This document shows, one piece after another, positions 37,901 to 49,800 of a stretch of DNA of 64,000 bases. The stretch is taken from NCBI GenBank assembly GCA_002633005.1, contig NMRA01000183.1, positions 14,426 to 78,425 of the forward strand, written 5' to 3'. Positions within the stretch are counted from its first letter, which is position 1, and each line of letters begins with the position of its first letter. The position numbers were made by a program, and so were the translations under genes. The stretch comes from Phoronis australis (taxonomy: Eukaryota; Animalia; Phoronida). Under the pieces are notes generated by a model that saw only the letters and a list, made by a program, of their open reading frames with translations, did not search any database and was not told where the DNA came from.

Positions 37901-40500
37901 AGAAGAGTTGACATACAATATCATGGATTTACAGTATTTAGTCATGATCAATACGTGTATGTGCTACAATAAAGCATTTCCTCCATTTCAATAGCTTAAA
38001 ATGGGGGTGCCGTTTGAAGGCCAAATAATGCAACTGTTTCAAGTTTGTTAAAGATAGCTCTTTACTTCACATTAGCTAACAGCGGATTGTAGCGCAGTTT
38101 AGTTCAGTTGAACAACAAGCTCAAATAATTTCCATTATGTAACGCTCCAATTATTTTCAAACTTAAATGAATTCAACATGATTTTTTACTTTACTTTTTC
38201 TAAATGGTCGCCGCATGGAGTGGCACCTGATTACTGCATGATGGGTACTAGCTCATCTGACATCATACGTAATCAGGTTTCTGCTTAGGACATTTTTTTA
38301 ATTTAGTAGTAAAACCAGGCAAACACAAGCAGTTTTGAAAGTTACGTAATATAAATAATTAAGTTATTTATTTCGACTAACGAAACTCATCTGGTGTTCT
38401 AAGTTAGAGAGTGCAAAAAATAGTGACATTAACTGAAACACAAACCACTTCTAAGTGGCAAAGTTTCAATTTCGTACATATAGCAAAAATTGATGATGAA
38501 TTTAATTTCACTATCGGTGATCATTCTTTGATTAACCACAGTCGTTTTGGAACTGAATCAATGATCTAAATACAACGTGGGTATTATTTATCCTTAGCAA
38601 CATTTGACTTAAATTAGATGCCATAGAAATATATTCTAATCAAGTAAAATCTTGTTTCTTTAACTAAAACTCGTTGTTTCAACAATTACCCATTCAAAAT
38701 CTGCTTGCTAATTAAGTCACTGCACAGACCGAATAGTCGTAGGATGTCTTTGTTTTTGTTTGTTGTCCTTTACTCCCAATTTTGTTGATATAAATTAATG
38801 TCAAGTCGATGATAAATCATAGCGTCGTTCCTTGAAATTTCTTTATTTTGCATTGATCATTCCGCAAAGATGAGAAAATATCACAAGTTATATCACTTGA
38901 TAAAAGCTTTAATGAAAAAATATCAACCGTTAGAACTGCTTAAGACGAGTCATAACTTATACCCAGCCAAAATTTCCGTAACTTATGAACGTAGCATTCC
39001 ATTCAATATACGGGGACTCACTTGCCTTTAAACCCTGTTCATTAAACCGCAAACACGTACTCATAAATCCGGGCTCACGTATCCAAAATGTTGTTTAACA
39101 GACTCACAGCCACGATACACGCCTCAAGCACCATACTACGACTTTGGCTCATGTAAATGCGATCCAAGTACCCCAAGAAAGAAACTAGAGTTACGTGCAT
39201 GTTTTGGCATGGCTCGACAAACAATCTGTTTTCTACAAAATTGGAAATCCTCTACCTACTGGAGCAGCCGAAACAAAACGTACCTGGGTTATGAAACAAT
39301 CATCCTCTATTCTACTCACGTGACCTTCGCAAGAATTCACGATCCCATATTAAAAAATCGTTGTTCAAAAAGGCCCATAGCCTGTGGTATTGAACAGTTT
39401 GTGTCCTGACAATAGCAAAGGAGATGTCAATTGAGATCGAGTGGGTCAACAAAAAAGACGAGTGAGTAAAAAACGTTTTAAGAGAAAAGACCTTACAGTA
39501 GTTTTCAACATCACATGGACAACTTCAATATCCGAGGACATTTTAACTTTCAGAACCATGACAAAATAATTATTCATTTCTGTTGGAGAAGAAACCGCTT
39601 TAACTTCGGCTAAATTTCGAAAAGTGTTGCTCCACGCATTTTCTCGAAATTGCGATAACTGGACTTAGAAATCCATAAGCAAATGAAAGATTAGCCGCCA
39701 ACATCAGTTTAACTCTGATCAAAATTGACTTTTAAATTATATAAATGATCAACTAAATTACCAAATAATTCTGGCACAGTGTCCGTCATCAAAGTTGGTC
39801 ATAATCTGACAAAGTTCTCAATTGGTATGCTTAGCTAATTTGGGGAAACTACTGTGCCGAGTTGATGATCGGATTGCAGATCGCAATTTGAGAGATAAAC
39901 TGAACGTGGAAACGAATAGCAAAATTTCCAATGTTTTATTGGAGCACTAATAAACCTGTGGACTTGTAATTGCATACCGCGCGTTTTGGCTATCCATTGG
40001 ATTGCGACATACTGTATGTACCTCGTACAAATCGAGCTTCACGAGACCTTTTCCAATTGTTTATTTTAATGGATGCATGATAGGCCTTGCATTCTTCGTG
40101 GCATGTACATCTCAACATTTGTTTAACCAGTTGGCAACGCTGTACTGTGATTTCATTGAGAAGGGAAGTAATTGTATGAATCAACGGATATCGCTTAATT
40201 TAGCGAAATGGCAAACGTCCAAGTTTTTTACAGTCTGATAGTTATTCTGTGTTAACTTCAATTAGAGTTTAATTGATGAAACTCTCCATGATACCTCAAT
40301 CGCTTTACAAATATTTGAAGACAATGTTCGTCCCGGTCTCAAACAAATGTTTATTTAACTCGAACGGGTTCACCACTTATTAACATAATTGTGCTGATTA
40401 CATCGATGATGCTGAACGATCTTGTTAATGGTAAGGTACTCTAGATATGGACGAAAGAGATGAAGATGACTATGATGACGACGGTGATGGTGATTGTGAT
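34950..40500. repeat. Tandem segmental duplication, unit A (TRPV-like gene plus flanks); unit B is ~41170-41566 + ~51881-57100
   Basis: Colinear noncoding similarity: 34975-35210 with 41172-41566; 35211-35645 with 51881-52318; 37700-40480 with 54470-57080. Confidence 0.85.
35644..37557 (-). CDS. Divergent TRPV-like ion channel (ankyrin remnants + multi-TM + pore), single coding exon
   Basis: Ankyrin-like PFTLAV..ALLEFGVD, GNNIFHMI and RPLELAARLG. YLHDVTDY linker, several TM helices, S4-S5 FYVIAFQRMV, pore SLYSTFLLTLNM, S6 MFNFLIALMSEAV. ATG 37557 is conserved in the paralog; alternative ATG at 37596. Confidence 0.85.
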   Translation of the reverse strand: MEMSRFRGFHNAVVPIPADTVVDKSDEVNFEQLEDWEPLHKVWFRALRDGDHVQARVILNKLDSPARKGLLHLKLSADETNIANGKLNLSHNSYDRRFLLRAFPDVITCPFTLAVMSKSTELVMALLEFGVDLSDELEDGGNNIFHMIAVFGSAWPESEHYFSGVYETIKSFYIRQDNGLSLKNMLLKENLEDFRPLELAARLGCFKLFSSIYNTENVYRMTEEHGLEMTYLHDVTDYYGANATRIHRSPLRLVVKRVGFDSLDNDDYNDEYLKFLKPAAECVTKQTFPVYLIALAVRLAMCAVYLFMMFVYYIPYLVHEDNVSSNNATLMYNRTDVRDNASLTYNHTEASLESLSCSSKRSSTRIVNNEAINIVLSVFISIYNGLVQNGILLGHDMAFSRKFENRDFFRLSGKPNRVVRNDVLKYCIQFDAFIAWITLLGYSMCFLPQIEILTIMWCITSVWSFMYYVQPISFISFYVIAFQRMVTVVVKFFIILLFLVFSFALVFHIILIGINPAFVAMDSSLYSTFLLTLNMVSVQTSDKLSPMFVHVGFVLVIPVMMFNFLIALMSEAVGRLSQRREMVVHLHQLDVALEYEKYCVNLLHRIMKKRLSRGIRFIKGKHYMAHVEVNVKHAPSM

Positions 40501-41210
40501 CCGATGAAGAACTCCAAGAAATATACACCTTTAAGGCTCGATGCTTAGTATTACGTCAATGGGTATTTTTTCGAATTTATTTCACATTATAATTATACAA
40601 CATCTTGACATTATCAGATATGTTACGGTTTTATACAGTACAGACAATAACAAAGCAGAATAGAATATCATGGCAGTTACAGTCGTTGACCTGGAAAGAC
40701 ACTTAATCTAATTTTAGTCATTTTACGACATATGATCTTCTTTTTTGTCAACCAATCAATTTATTTACAAATAAGGTCTTGTCCTATACTCTAGTTAACT
40801 TACAATAATAAAGGAGACATGTCCACTTGTTCCCTGTGGATAGTGGCAAGGAACAACAAACGTCAAAAGCTGAGTTTGAACCGTTGGCTCCAATATTTTC
40901 ATTAATGGTTCTTGAAAGGTCCAGGTTGTTTTTAATACACACTTGTGTTCATAGACTTAAGATATTAAACATGCACGTGCATACATGTAGGCCTAGTCTC
41001 GTATCATACCGCTTTCTCGCGTGTTTCTCGGGTCAATGTTGCGCATTCTAGTTCTTAGTGTACACAATGATTACACTCAAACAAATTGACGTTCATTTCC
41101 AATTTGTGACAGGCAACAGCATGTTCTTATTTCTGACGTTTCTACATCTCTGAACCATCACGTGAGAAACATAAGACTAAAATTAAAAGAATATATGGAG
41201 CAACGAGTAA

Positions 41211-41364
41211 GATTCCTTACCGAGATATATTTGATTCCTTACCGAGATATATTTGATTCCTTACCGAGATATATTTGATTCCTTACCGAGATATATTTGA
41301 TTCCTTACCGAGATATATTTGATTCCTTACCGAGATATATTTGATTCCTTACCGAGATATATTT
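41211..41364. repeat. Perfect 22-bp tandem repeat x7
   Basis: GATTCCTTACCGAGATATATTT repeated. A single diverged counterpart lies at ~35010. Confidence 0.95.
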
Positions 41365-41566
41365 CATACAAAGAATATTGCTTAATGAACCTTAGCTATC
41401 ATTAACGACTAAGTTTCAACATTGCAAAACATGTCTCACTTGCTGTCAAATTGACAAAAGGCGATGCTTCAGTCAAAGTCTTGGTTGCGCAATATCATTT
41501 CGAAATAATGACTTTGCAATCTATACCTGACAGATTAACGTCAGTTTATATACCTTACCGACCTCG

Positions 41567-42326
41567 TGTGATATAATGAGTCACTGCAGTAAACGTGCAT
41601 GCAAACATGTCTTAGTCTATTCCCAGGGGATGTGTATACTTCTGTGGTAGTTGAGATTCCTAAGGGATGTACATACCTCTAGAGTGGAAATTATACGGAG
41701 ATTCCTCAGAGGATAGGCATATCCCTGGTGTAGCAAATCTGAGAAGAGTGGCAGTTATGCAAGAATTTTCTATAGGATAGTTAATTAGCTGGTTGTAAGA
41801 GAGATGTACTAAAAGAGGTGGGACCATCACGTGATGGCTCCAAAGGTGTTGTATAAGGCACTGACAGAGCAGACCGACCAGACCGAACCGAACAGGCCAA
41901 CTCGGATTTTCGAAAACTGCGAAGACACGATCTCCGAACAGTGAACGGCAAAGACGAGAGCCAGGACCAGACGAAAAACCACGTATCAAGTCGAAAGTGT
42001 GTAACTGAGGTATAGATGTTTAACACAAGTGTTGGTCTCAGCCTGTTAGTGAATTCGAACCAGTCTAGTGATTGTTCTAGAGGGTTAGTTTTGTTGCGAC
42101 TTGTAATGTGTTTACGTGTGCGGTTGCTACTGGTAACTAGTGGCATTGTTGTTTAGTACTTTCTCTAGCAGTGATATCTCGTCTCAATCAGTTAGTCGTC
42201 AGTCTCGCAACTTATTGTAACTAATTGTTTGTAAATCACAACGCTTCAAATTAATAGACGTATTTTATTGGTTGAGGTATTTGTGTGTTGTTTTAATTAC
42301 TACCACGTGCGCGCCATCTGTAGGCC
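41567..42326 (+). repeat. LTR copy A (5'-LTR-like; terminal ~23 nt missing)
   Basis: Starts TGTGATATAA. It is the reverse complement of 42497-43258 with scattered substitutions. Followed by TTTT-TGGTGTCGCT. Confidence 0.9.
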
Positions 42327-42330
42327 TTTT

Positions 42331-42351
42331 TGGTGTCGCTCCGGCCCGGAT
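42331..42351 (+). promoter_or_regulatory. Candidate primer-binding site
   Basis: TGGTGTCGCTCCGGCCCGGAT directly after LTR A. The cognate tRNA was not identified. Confidence 0.45.
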
Positions 42352-42473
42352 TTTATCCGGTGTGTGGGTTTTGAGACTGACTTTATCGTGAACGAGACGA
42401 AATATCTAAATAGGTCAGAAGTTAGCATAATCTGATCACTGAGCAGTATGGCACATCAGCAACAAGCTACTCG

Positions 42474-43258
42474 TGTGGTGTAATGATTGGTGTTGCGGCC
42501 GACAGATGGCGCGCACGTGGTAGTACTTAAAACAACACACGAATACCTCAACCAATAAAATACGTCTATTAATTTGAAGCGTTGTGATTTACAAACAATT
42601 AGTTACAATAAGTTGCGAGACTGACGACTATAACTGCTTGAGACGAGATATCACTGCTAGAGAAAGTACTAAACAACAATGCCACTAGTTACCAGTAGCA
42701 ACCGCACACGTAAACACATTACAAGTCGCAACAGATCTAACCCTCTAGAACAATCGCTAGACTGGTTCAAATTGACTAAAAGGCTGAGACCAACACCTGT
42801 GATAAACATCTATACCTCAGTTACACACTTTCGACTTGATACGTGGTTTTTCGTCTGGTCCTGGCTCTCGTCTCTGCCGTTCACTGTTCGGAGATCGTGT
42901 CTTCGCAGTTTCCGAAGATTCGAGTTGGCCTGTTCGGTTCGGTCTGGTCGGTCTGCTCTGTCAGTGCCTTATACAACACCTTTGGAGCCATCACGTGATG
43001 GTCCCACCTCTTTTAGTACATCTCTCTTATAACCAGCTAATTAACTGTCCTATAGAAAATTCTTGCATAACTGCCACTCTTCTCAGATTTGCTAAACCAG
43101 GGATGTGCCTATCCTCTGAGGAATCTCCGTTTAATTGCCACTCTAGAGGTATGTACATCCCTTAGGAATCTCAACTACCACAGAAGTATACACTTCCCCT
43201 GGGAATAGACTAAGACATGTTTGCATGCACGTGGAGGGCAGTGCCTTTTTATATCACA
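42474..43258 (-). repeat. LTR copy B (3' LTR, 785 bp)
   Basis: Minus strand runs TGTGATATAA...TCATTACACCACA (TG..CA, imperfect terminal IR) and is preceded by the PPT. Confidence 0.9.
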
Positions 43259-43272
43259 CTCCCCCCTTTTTT
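43259..43272 (-). promoter_or_regulatory. Polypurine tract
   Basis: AAAAAAGGGGGGAG on the minus strand, abutting the LTR B TG. Confidence 0.9.
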
Positions 43273-43716
43273 AAGCCAAAAATTTACATAATAAATTTTT
43301 GGGAAGTCGTAGATTTCTCGACAATATAAAGTGTCACCCAGTTGATCGCCATACAACTGCAATAGATTCAAATAAAGTGAATGATAAGACAAGGGAAGTC
43401 ATCAGCCTCCAGATGATCGTTAAACAGGTTAACAAACAGCATTTCACAACGAAATATCAACCACACTAAACTATCCCAACAATTAACATAATAGGAACAC
43501 ACACATATGCTTATGTCACCAACCCCTCATTACATAATCAAATATACCTTATATTTTTTAAAATTATAATTATGTTACAGTTCCCCTCAAACCAAACCTA
43601 CCAAAAATATTTCATATCATTACTAACTAACTAAAACGTGAATGTTTCACCCCAAACTAAACTAACTGGAGGGGTGTACCTGTGGCGTCTGATAGAAGTC
43701 TGCTGCCAACAGACTT

Positions 43717-44170
43717 TCAGGGACGTCCGCTTCTGCTATGGGCATGTTTTGGAGGACGTCCCCCCAGCTCTGTTTCCAAACAGAATATGCCAACCACGTC
43801 AGCCGTACGACTTTGGTTAGCATACCTCACCTGGGCGTACTCCACACCCATTGCGCGCGGGCCGCCCCACGCCTGACTGTCGCACGAGAGCCCCTCGTAC
43901 GTACGGCCCCTTGCGTACTGGACCCCGGCGAAGTCTCTTATCGATAAAATAGTCATGTCAGCGGTCGGGTCCGCTCGAAACATAACCCACTGGCCGTCCA
44001 CCGAGGCATCAAGCCGTAACTTCGGCAGAGTTTTAAACACCACTTCCTGCTGTTGGGCTGTCATTGTTTGTGTACCGGGTAATCGTGTTCCTGTAATAGT
44101 TCCATATTTCTTACATATGTTACGTATATCTTGTGACGATTTGGAATGTTAATAACCACCACCTTCCTGA
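43717..44170 (-). pseudogene. Accessory ORF between env and 3' LTR, unknown function
   Basis: 115-aa ORF (44064-43717) with the frame open upstream (QDIRNICKKYGTITGTRL). An adjacent frame reads RKVVVINIP. Confidence 0.45.
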
Positions 44171-44252
44171 CGACTATCTAGCGCACTGTAAGACCTCTAT
44201 TGTAAGGATCGGTAGTAGGCCTACTACTACGGTGTATACTGACTGCTCGAAG

Positions 44253-46604
44253 TCACATGGAGGTTTCCTTCTGGTCCTCTCCAGTTTCCGGATCCAAGGT
44301 AGGATACATACGTCGGACGAATTGCTTCATCTCGATTGGTTTGCCATTCCACTGGGCCGATACGGTCTGGTGTTCGTCAGCACTGGGTTTCTCCCCAGCC
44401 GGTGACGTCTGTCGGGCATCGTTCGGTGCGCTCATGAATGCGAACGCTGGCGGTGCACTGGCAACTGGGCGGCTACCATCCGTTAACACAGGCTGATACT
44501 GTTTACGTATGGCACGTGCAATTTGTCTACGTCTCAACAAAACAATTAACCCCAAAATTAATAGCGATGCTGCTATTCCTAGAGCGACATATAACCAAAA
44601 TTCATTATCGGGGGCCCATGGTTTTGGAATTTCCAAGTCTCGTAAATCAGTGACTAATGTTGATGATTGGTGAGACATTGCGCACAAACTGGACTTAATG
44701 GTCAGGATGATATGCCGGTTAACAAAAGAACACTATGATTCTGTACAAGAAACTATCTTTAGACTGTTTTATTATATGATCGCATTAATATATATACACA
44801 AGTAGCGTGCCCATATAAGGCAAGATATAGCAAAACTGCATTCCAAGACTATAGCATTCCACTAATTAACTCTTATACAACTATTTCTTATGCAATTCTT
44901 ATACAACAATCTCTTATGCAATTCTTATACAATTTCTTATGTAATTTATAATACATCATGGAGATCATCCTCCAACAACTAAACCGTCAAGGGGAATTTC
45001 GGGTAAGTGAGCGAGACGTGGGGGTATTTTTACTTCCACGTGTTTAGGAAAAGCTGCTATATAAGGAGACCACATCGTGAAGGTTCCGAATTCTCAAAAC
45101 TCGAGCGAAGCTATCCGGATGATCGTATCTAGATTCCCTGTGAAAAGTTCCCAGGAGGGTCATAGCTGGGTGTGTGGCCTGGCATCCGTAATCGACGTGT
45201 ATCATATTTACCCCAATGTCCACCGTAACTGATTTAGTGTTAGTGCGACTGCGGTTGCACAGAAGGGCAAACCTTGTAATCTGGTTACTAACTACAGCGT
45301 ACCAGCCAGATCTCAAATATATGGCCTGTGGTAAAGATGTATTTGTTTTAATAAAAACACGACAGGACCTTTTGATAGCATAGCCAAAATTCATGAACAG
45401 AGCCACCACACAATCTTTGCTTAAATTGACAGGGCGTAAAGGTTGTCGGGTCTCACAAAAACTAAGCGACGAGCACGCCTTCATGATGGTATAATCTAGT
45501 AAGGCATACAGTAGGACGTTCGTTCTGGGTTTATGGCTAACGCTGTGGCCTCCAATGAATACTTTGCCAAAATGTGAGAGCGGTTGGAATTAGGGAAGGG
45601 AGCTGGTAGATGAATTTGAAATAATTCCATCCGTGCGTAAGTGTCAATTAATGATATCCGAAATGTGACCAAGATTCGTCCATTTTCCCACGCAGTATGA
45701 CACGGGAGAGACTTATAATATTGGAACAACTCCGTGTCAGGATCAAAAGGTAATTTTAAATGGCGTTGAATATTCGTTCGTATGTCCTTTAATATTTTGC
45801 GTAGTGCTTCTGGCTGAACCACCGCTGGAGTAACTTGTCCCGCAGACACTATTCCTATTTGACTTTCAATGTGAGCTAAATAGCCTAAGGCTTTTTTCCC
45901 TGCCAATTCCAAGTGGTTTAAAATAAGTTCTAAATATATGTAACTTTGGGTGAAGACAGACAAATCCTGTATTTCATCGTGTAGCATATCAGTCACGTTA
46001 TTAAGACGTTGTGCTATTTCATAAGTCGAAAGAATCAAGTCATTCAAGGTCTCTCGGTTTTTATTCACTTCGGTTCTAGTGGCTTTCATTACGGTTATCC
46101 GTTTCAATGCGTTAGTGACGATCCTCTTTTGGTTCCTTACTATCATATCGATTGTTTCCCTAATAGCTTTAACATCATCATCAGTGGCTGTGCCAAATAG
46201 CCAATGACTGATTTTCCCCATAAAAGGCAGGAGACTCCGTTTGCTTCTGTTACCTCGAAATTGGGCCAAAGTGTTATAGCCAGTCAACAACTGGTCTGTG
46301 TCCTCTTTCGTGAATCTGATATCATCAATTTGTTTTCTTAATCTGGAAAAATATTCCAAGAAATTGACATCTTGGGATCAGCGTACTTTTTCTCTATTTG
46401 GGTATACGTATAGTAAGCACGTTCTATGTTCCGTGAAAACTTGGACATGAACTCAGAGAATTCTCCGAGGTCAATGAAACTCGTCACCCACCAGTGTCCC
46501 CACGGACTATAAAATAAATTAATTTTCTCAAAAACTACCCCATTTTTGACAACGACGCATTGCACGATACCAGCCAACAACAGCAAACCTGTCAATCGTT
46601 GCAT
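44253..46604 (-). pseudogene. env: Envelope glycoprotein, class I fusion (F-type / errantivirus Env-like), frameshifted and interrupted
   Basis: Signal peptide MQRLTGLLLLAGIVQC. Furin site and fusion peptide RSKR|SLLPFMGKISHWLFGTATDDDV. Heptad region, Cys-rich region, TM FWLYVALGIAASLLILGLIVLL-RRR, cytoplasmic tail. Confidence 0.88.
44658..44977. mobile_element. Nested 320-bp solo LTR of a different family (5-bp TSD; BEL/Pao- or Copia-like ends)
   Basis: TGTTG...CAACA termini. ACTAA at 44653-44657 and 44978-44982. Confidence 0.88.
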
Positions 46605-46611
46605 TGTCTCT

Positions 46612-46630
46612 CTGAAACAACAATAATCAC
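46612..46630 (-). promoter_or_regulatory. Candidate env splice acceptor
   Basis: Minus strand TTATTGTTGTTTCAG|AGAGACA-ATG, 7 nt before the env start. Confidence 0.6.
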
Positions 46631-46890
46631 TTACTTAACTCACTCCTCATACTACTTAAAGTACTTGCCATGCCGAGAACTGACTCGGATATCCTTAGAT
46701 CAGTTACGTTACGTATGAGTGCCCATGGCTATATCGTTTTCGGGAAACAGTCCCGTCCTTAATATTCAAATAAAAGTATGCTATTAAAGTAGATGGTTCT
46801 GCTGAAATCTGAAACCTTGATTACTTATCGACCATTCTTAAGTGTTTCTAACATCATGCGACACAAATCCAAATAAGCCGCGGGGGAATT

Positions 46891-49800
46891 TTAGGTCATT
46901 TTTCTACACTTTCGGCCTCTTCTTTTGTCCAATCGCGCGAGGACGTTCACATCCATGGCTTCATCATCTGGTCGTGGTCCCATTGCGACGACCATATTCG
47001 TCTCTTCTGACGGCATAAACTGCTCGTCGTTTGGTGCGGAGAGGTCCGTCATCGGATCCGACTCAGCTTTGGACTCGGGTTCTTCGCTTTCAGATGATGG
47101 GGTCTCTGGATCCTCCATCTGTGGCACTGTCTTCGTCTGAGCCAACGTCTTCACTTGCCCCCTCTGTTGGAGCCTTCTTTGAAGTTCCGCTAAGGGTACG
47201 TCAGAGTCATCGGAGGATGAATCCCACTTCATTTGGAGGAAATGATCCTGCAGACCTTGCTGTGGTTCGTCGTCAGACACATTGCTTCCTTCGCTAGAAC
47301 TGGGAAGGACGGCGTAGCGCGCTCTCCTCATTTGTGGATAATCGTCGTCATTCACCTTCCAGTCGTCGATTTGTGCCCATCTCAAGTTGTCAATGTGTGA
47401 CTTGGTGACTGTCCCATCTAACTGATTCCGGATGACATTTCAGACAGTCGTTCTAGGACGCGCCAATAATCTGTCCACTTAGGGTCCAGTTTGCTGGTTT
47501 TAGAATTATTTTTAGGGTACACGGGATCGCCAACTTCCTAATTCAACCAAAACTCTACCCTTATTCGCGGTAGCTAGTCTTTTGTTCTGATGGTGTTTTA
47601 TAACCCGATAAACTGTCCTAAAAACTCTATGTTGGTTTTATAGAATAACCATTATGTTCTCCCTCGCCCACGTACTTAGCACGTGGGCGCATTATGTTAT
47701 GTACAGGAAGTTTAGGGTCTCTACCGAACATAAGAAAATAACTGCTATACCCAGTATAATTGGTATGAAAATTTAAACAAGACTCTGCTTGACTGAGATG
47801 AACATCCTATTGTTCGGGGTTTTCACGGCATAATTTACTCAAAACGTCACCAAGTACTTTGTGTGATCGTTCGACTCGGCCATTTGCTTTTGGATTGTAA
47901 AAACTTGTGGTAACATGCCGAATGTTAAATGATTCCAAACCATCTTTCACTGTTTTGTTTGCAAATTCAGAGCCGTTGTCTGAGACCAAAATGTTCGTTA
48001 TACCAAATCTACAAAAGGTATCAGTGGTTAGGATTCGTGCGATTGTGGCAGCACTCTTATCCGGCATCGGATACAACAACGTATAATTTGAAAACCAGTC
48101 AGAGTCAAAATATATCGGTTACCACTGGGTGAAGGTTTCATAGGACCGACACAATCTATTGCTACTTGTTGCCCGGGGCCGTTCACAACATTAGACGCCA
48201 CCAGCGGAGATTTAACTGCTTTTAGATTTCGTTCCTGGCATGTAACGCATGCTGAAACATACTTCTCAATGTCTTTGAACATTCTAGGCCAGAAATAACT
48301 GTTTCTAGACGACTGATAGGTTCGATCTATCCCTGCATGTCAGTTGATCGTGATATTGTTCGATGACTAGCGACTGCAAATGTTCAGGGATGTACAGACG
48401 AATCTTGACGTCGCCGTGATCGTCGGAAACATAATATAGGACATTTTCTTTGAGTAAATACTTGTTTCCAATTCTTTTGCTAGGCTTAGGAAACGACAGT
48501 TCATCGATTATTGCCCTACACTCTTGATGTTTCTTTTGTTCCTCTTGCATATTCAGTTCTAACTTAGGCATTTGCAATTCAGAGGTAAAATTAGGTATAG
48601 GAGGACTCTCCATTTCATGAGACTTAGGATCAATTCTGCTGATATCTACTACGTTAACCTGTGCTATCGAAGCCTGAACCTCAAAGGTCCTATCGTCTAC
48701 ATCAAGAGTTTCCTCGTCAATCGCATTATCGTCGTTGGAGGGCGCTCTGCTCAGCAAGTCAGCTATCGTGTTATCCTTGCCGGGAATATGTTTAATTTCA
48801 ACATCATAAGCCGAAATGAGTACCGACCATTGCGCCACTTTCTAATTTTGTATGTCGCTTTTAAGCAAATAAATGAGGGGCATATGGTCCGTGAAAAGCG
48901 TGATTTTGGAATTGTAAATGCAGTGTTCGAATTTCTTAAGGGCCATCAATACCGCGAAACATTCCTTTTCTATGGTTGCCCAACGCTTTTGTGTGTCAGT
49001 CAGTTCTTGCGACATAAAGTAGATAGATTTTTCAACTACATCTTCGTCTTTACACTTTTGTACCAAACAGGCCCCAATTGCAAAATCACTCGCATCGGTG
49101 TATATGATATAACTCAATTTGGGATCAGGATTATTTAGCATCGGAACGGCGGAAAGGTGTTCTTTGATAAATTTGAAAGCGTTTTCGCATTCGGGTGTCC
49201 ATTTAAATCTGGCATACTTCTTGGTCAGTTCAGTCAATGGAGTCATAATGCCCGCCAAATTAGGAATAAACCTTCGATAGTATGACAGAATTCCTTGCAG
49301 TGCCCTTACTTCTATTACCGTGGCTGGTCGTTTCATTGATCTAATAGCCGAAATTTTGGCTGGACCAGGGCGGATCCCTTCTTTATCTACTATGAAGCCC
49401 AGACAGTTCGTTTGAGGCTTAAGAAATTGGCGTTTGGACAATTTCAACTTCAAATTATGTTCTCTGAGGCGCTGGAAAACGATTTTCAAATGTTCGACGT
49501 GTTCAGTGACACTTTTACTATAAATAATGCAATCATCGATATAGGCCCGAGCAAAAGGGAGTCCTTCTAAAACGATGACATGAGTTCTTGCAAGAAACTG
49601 GGACTATTGCAAAGTTCGAATGGCATAACTTGAAATTGGTAAAGATTTGACAAGTTAAAAATCCAGGATAGAAAGCGGTCTTTTCTTTGTCATCAGGGTG
49701 CATTTGAATCTGCCAAACACCACTACGTACGTCCAATGAACTACATGTATAAATACTTGAACCCCTAAGATCGTTCAATATGTCATCAATTTTCGGTAGA

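Noticed and set aside
41660-43165. Duplicated 109-121 aa ORFs as genes
   Set aside because: They lie inside the LTR copies and have no recognisable domain.
41567-43258. DIRS-like or foldback element with inverted terminal repeats
   Set aside because: The arms have TG..CA ends and a PPT, pol encodes a DDE integrase rather than a tyrosine recombinase, and the arms do not bracket the coding region.
44253-44687. Independent 144-aa membrane protein
   Set aside because: It is the env C-terminus; its start codon comes from the nested solo LTR.
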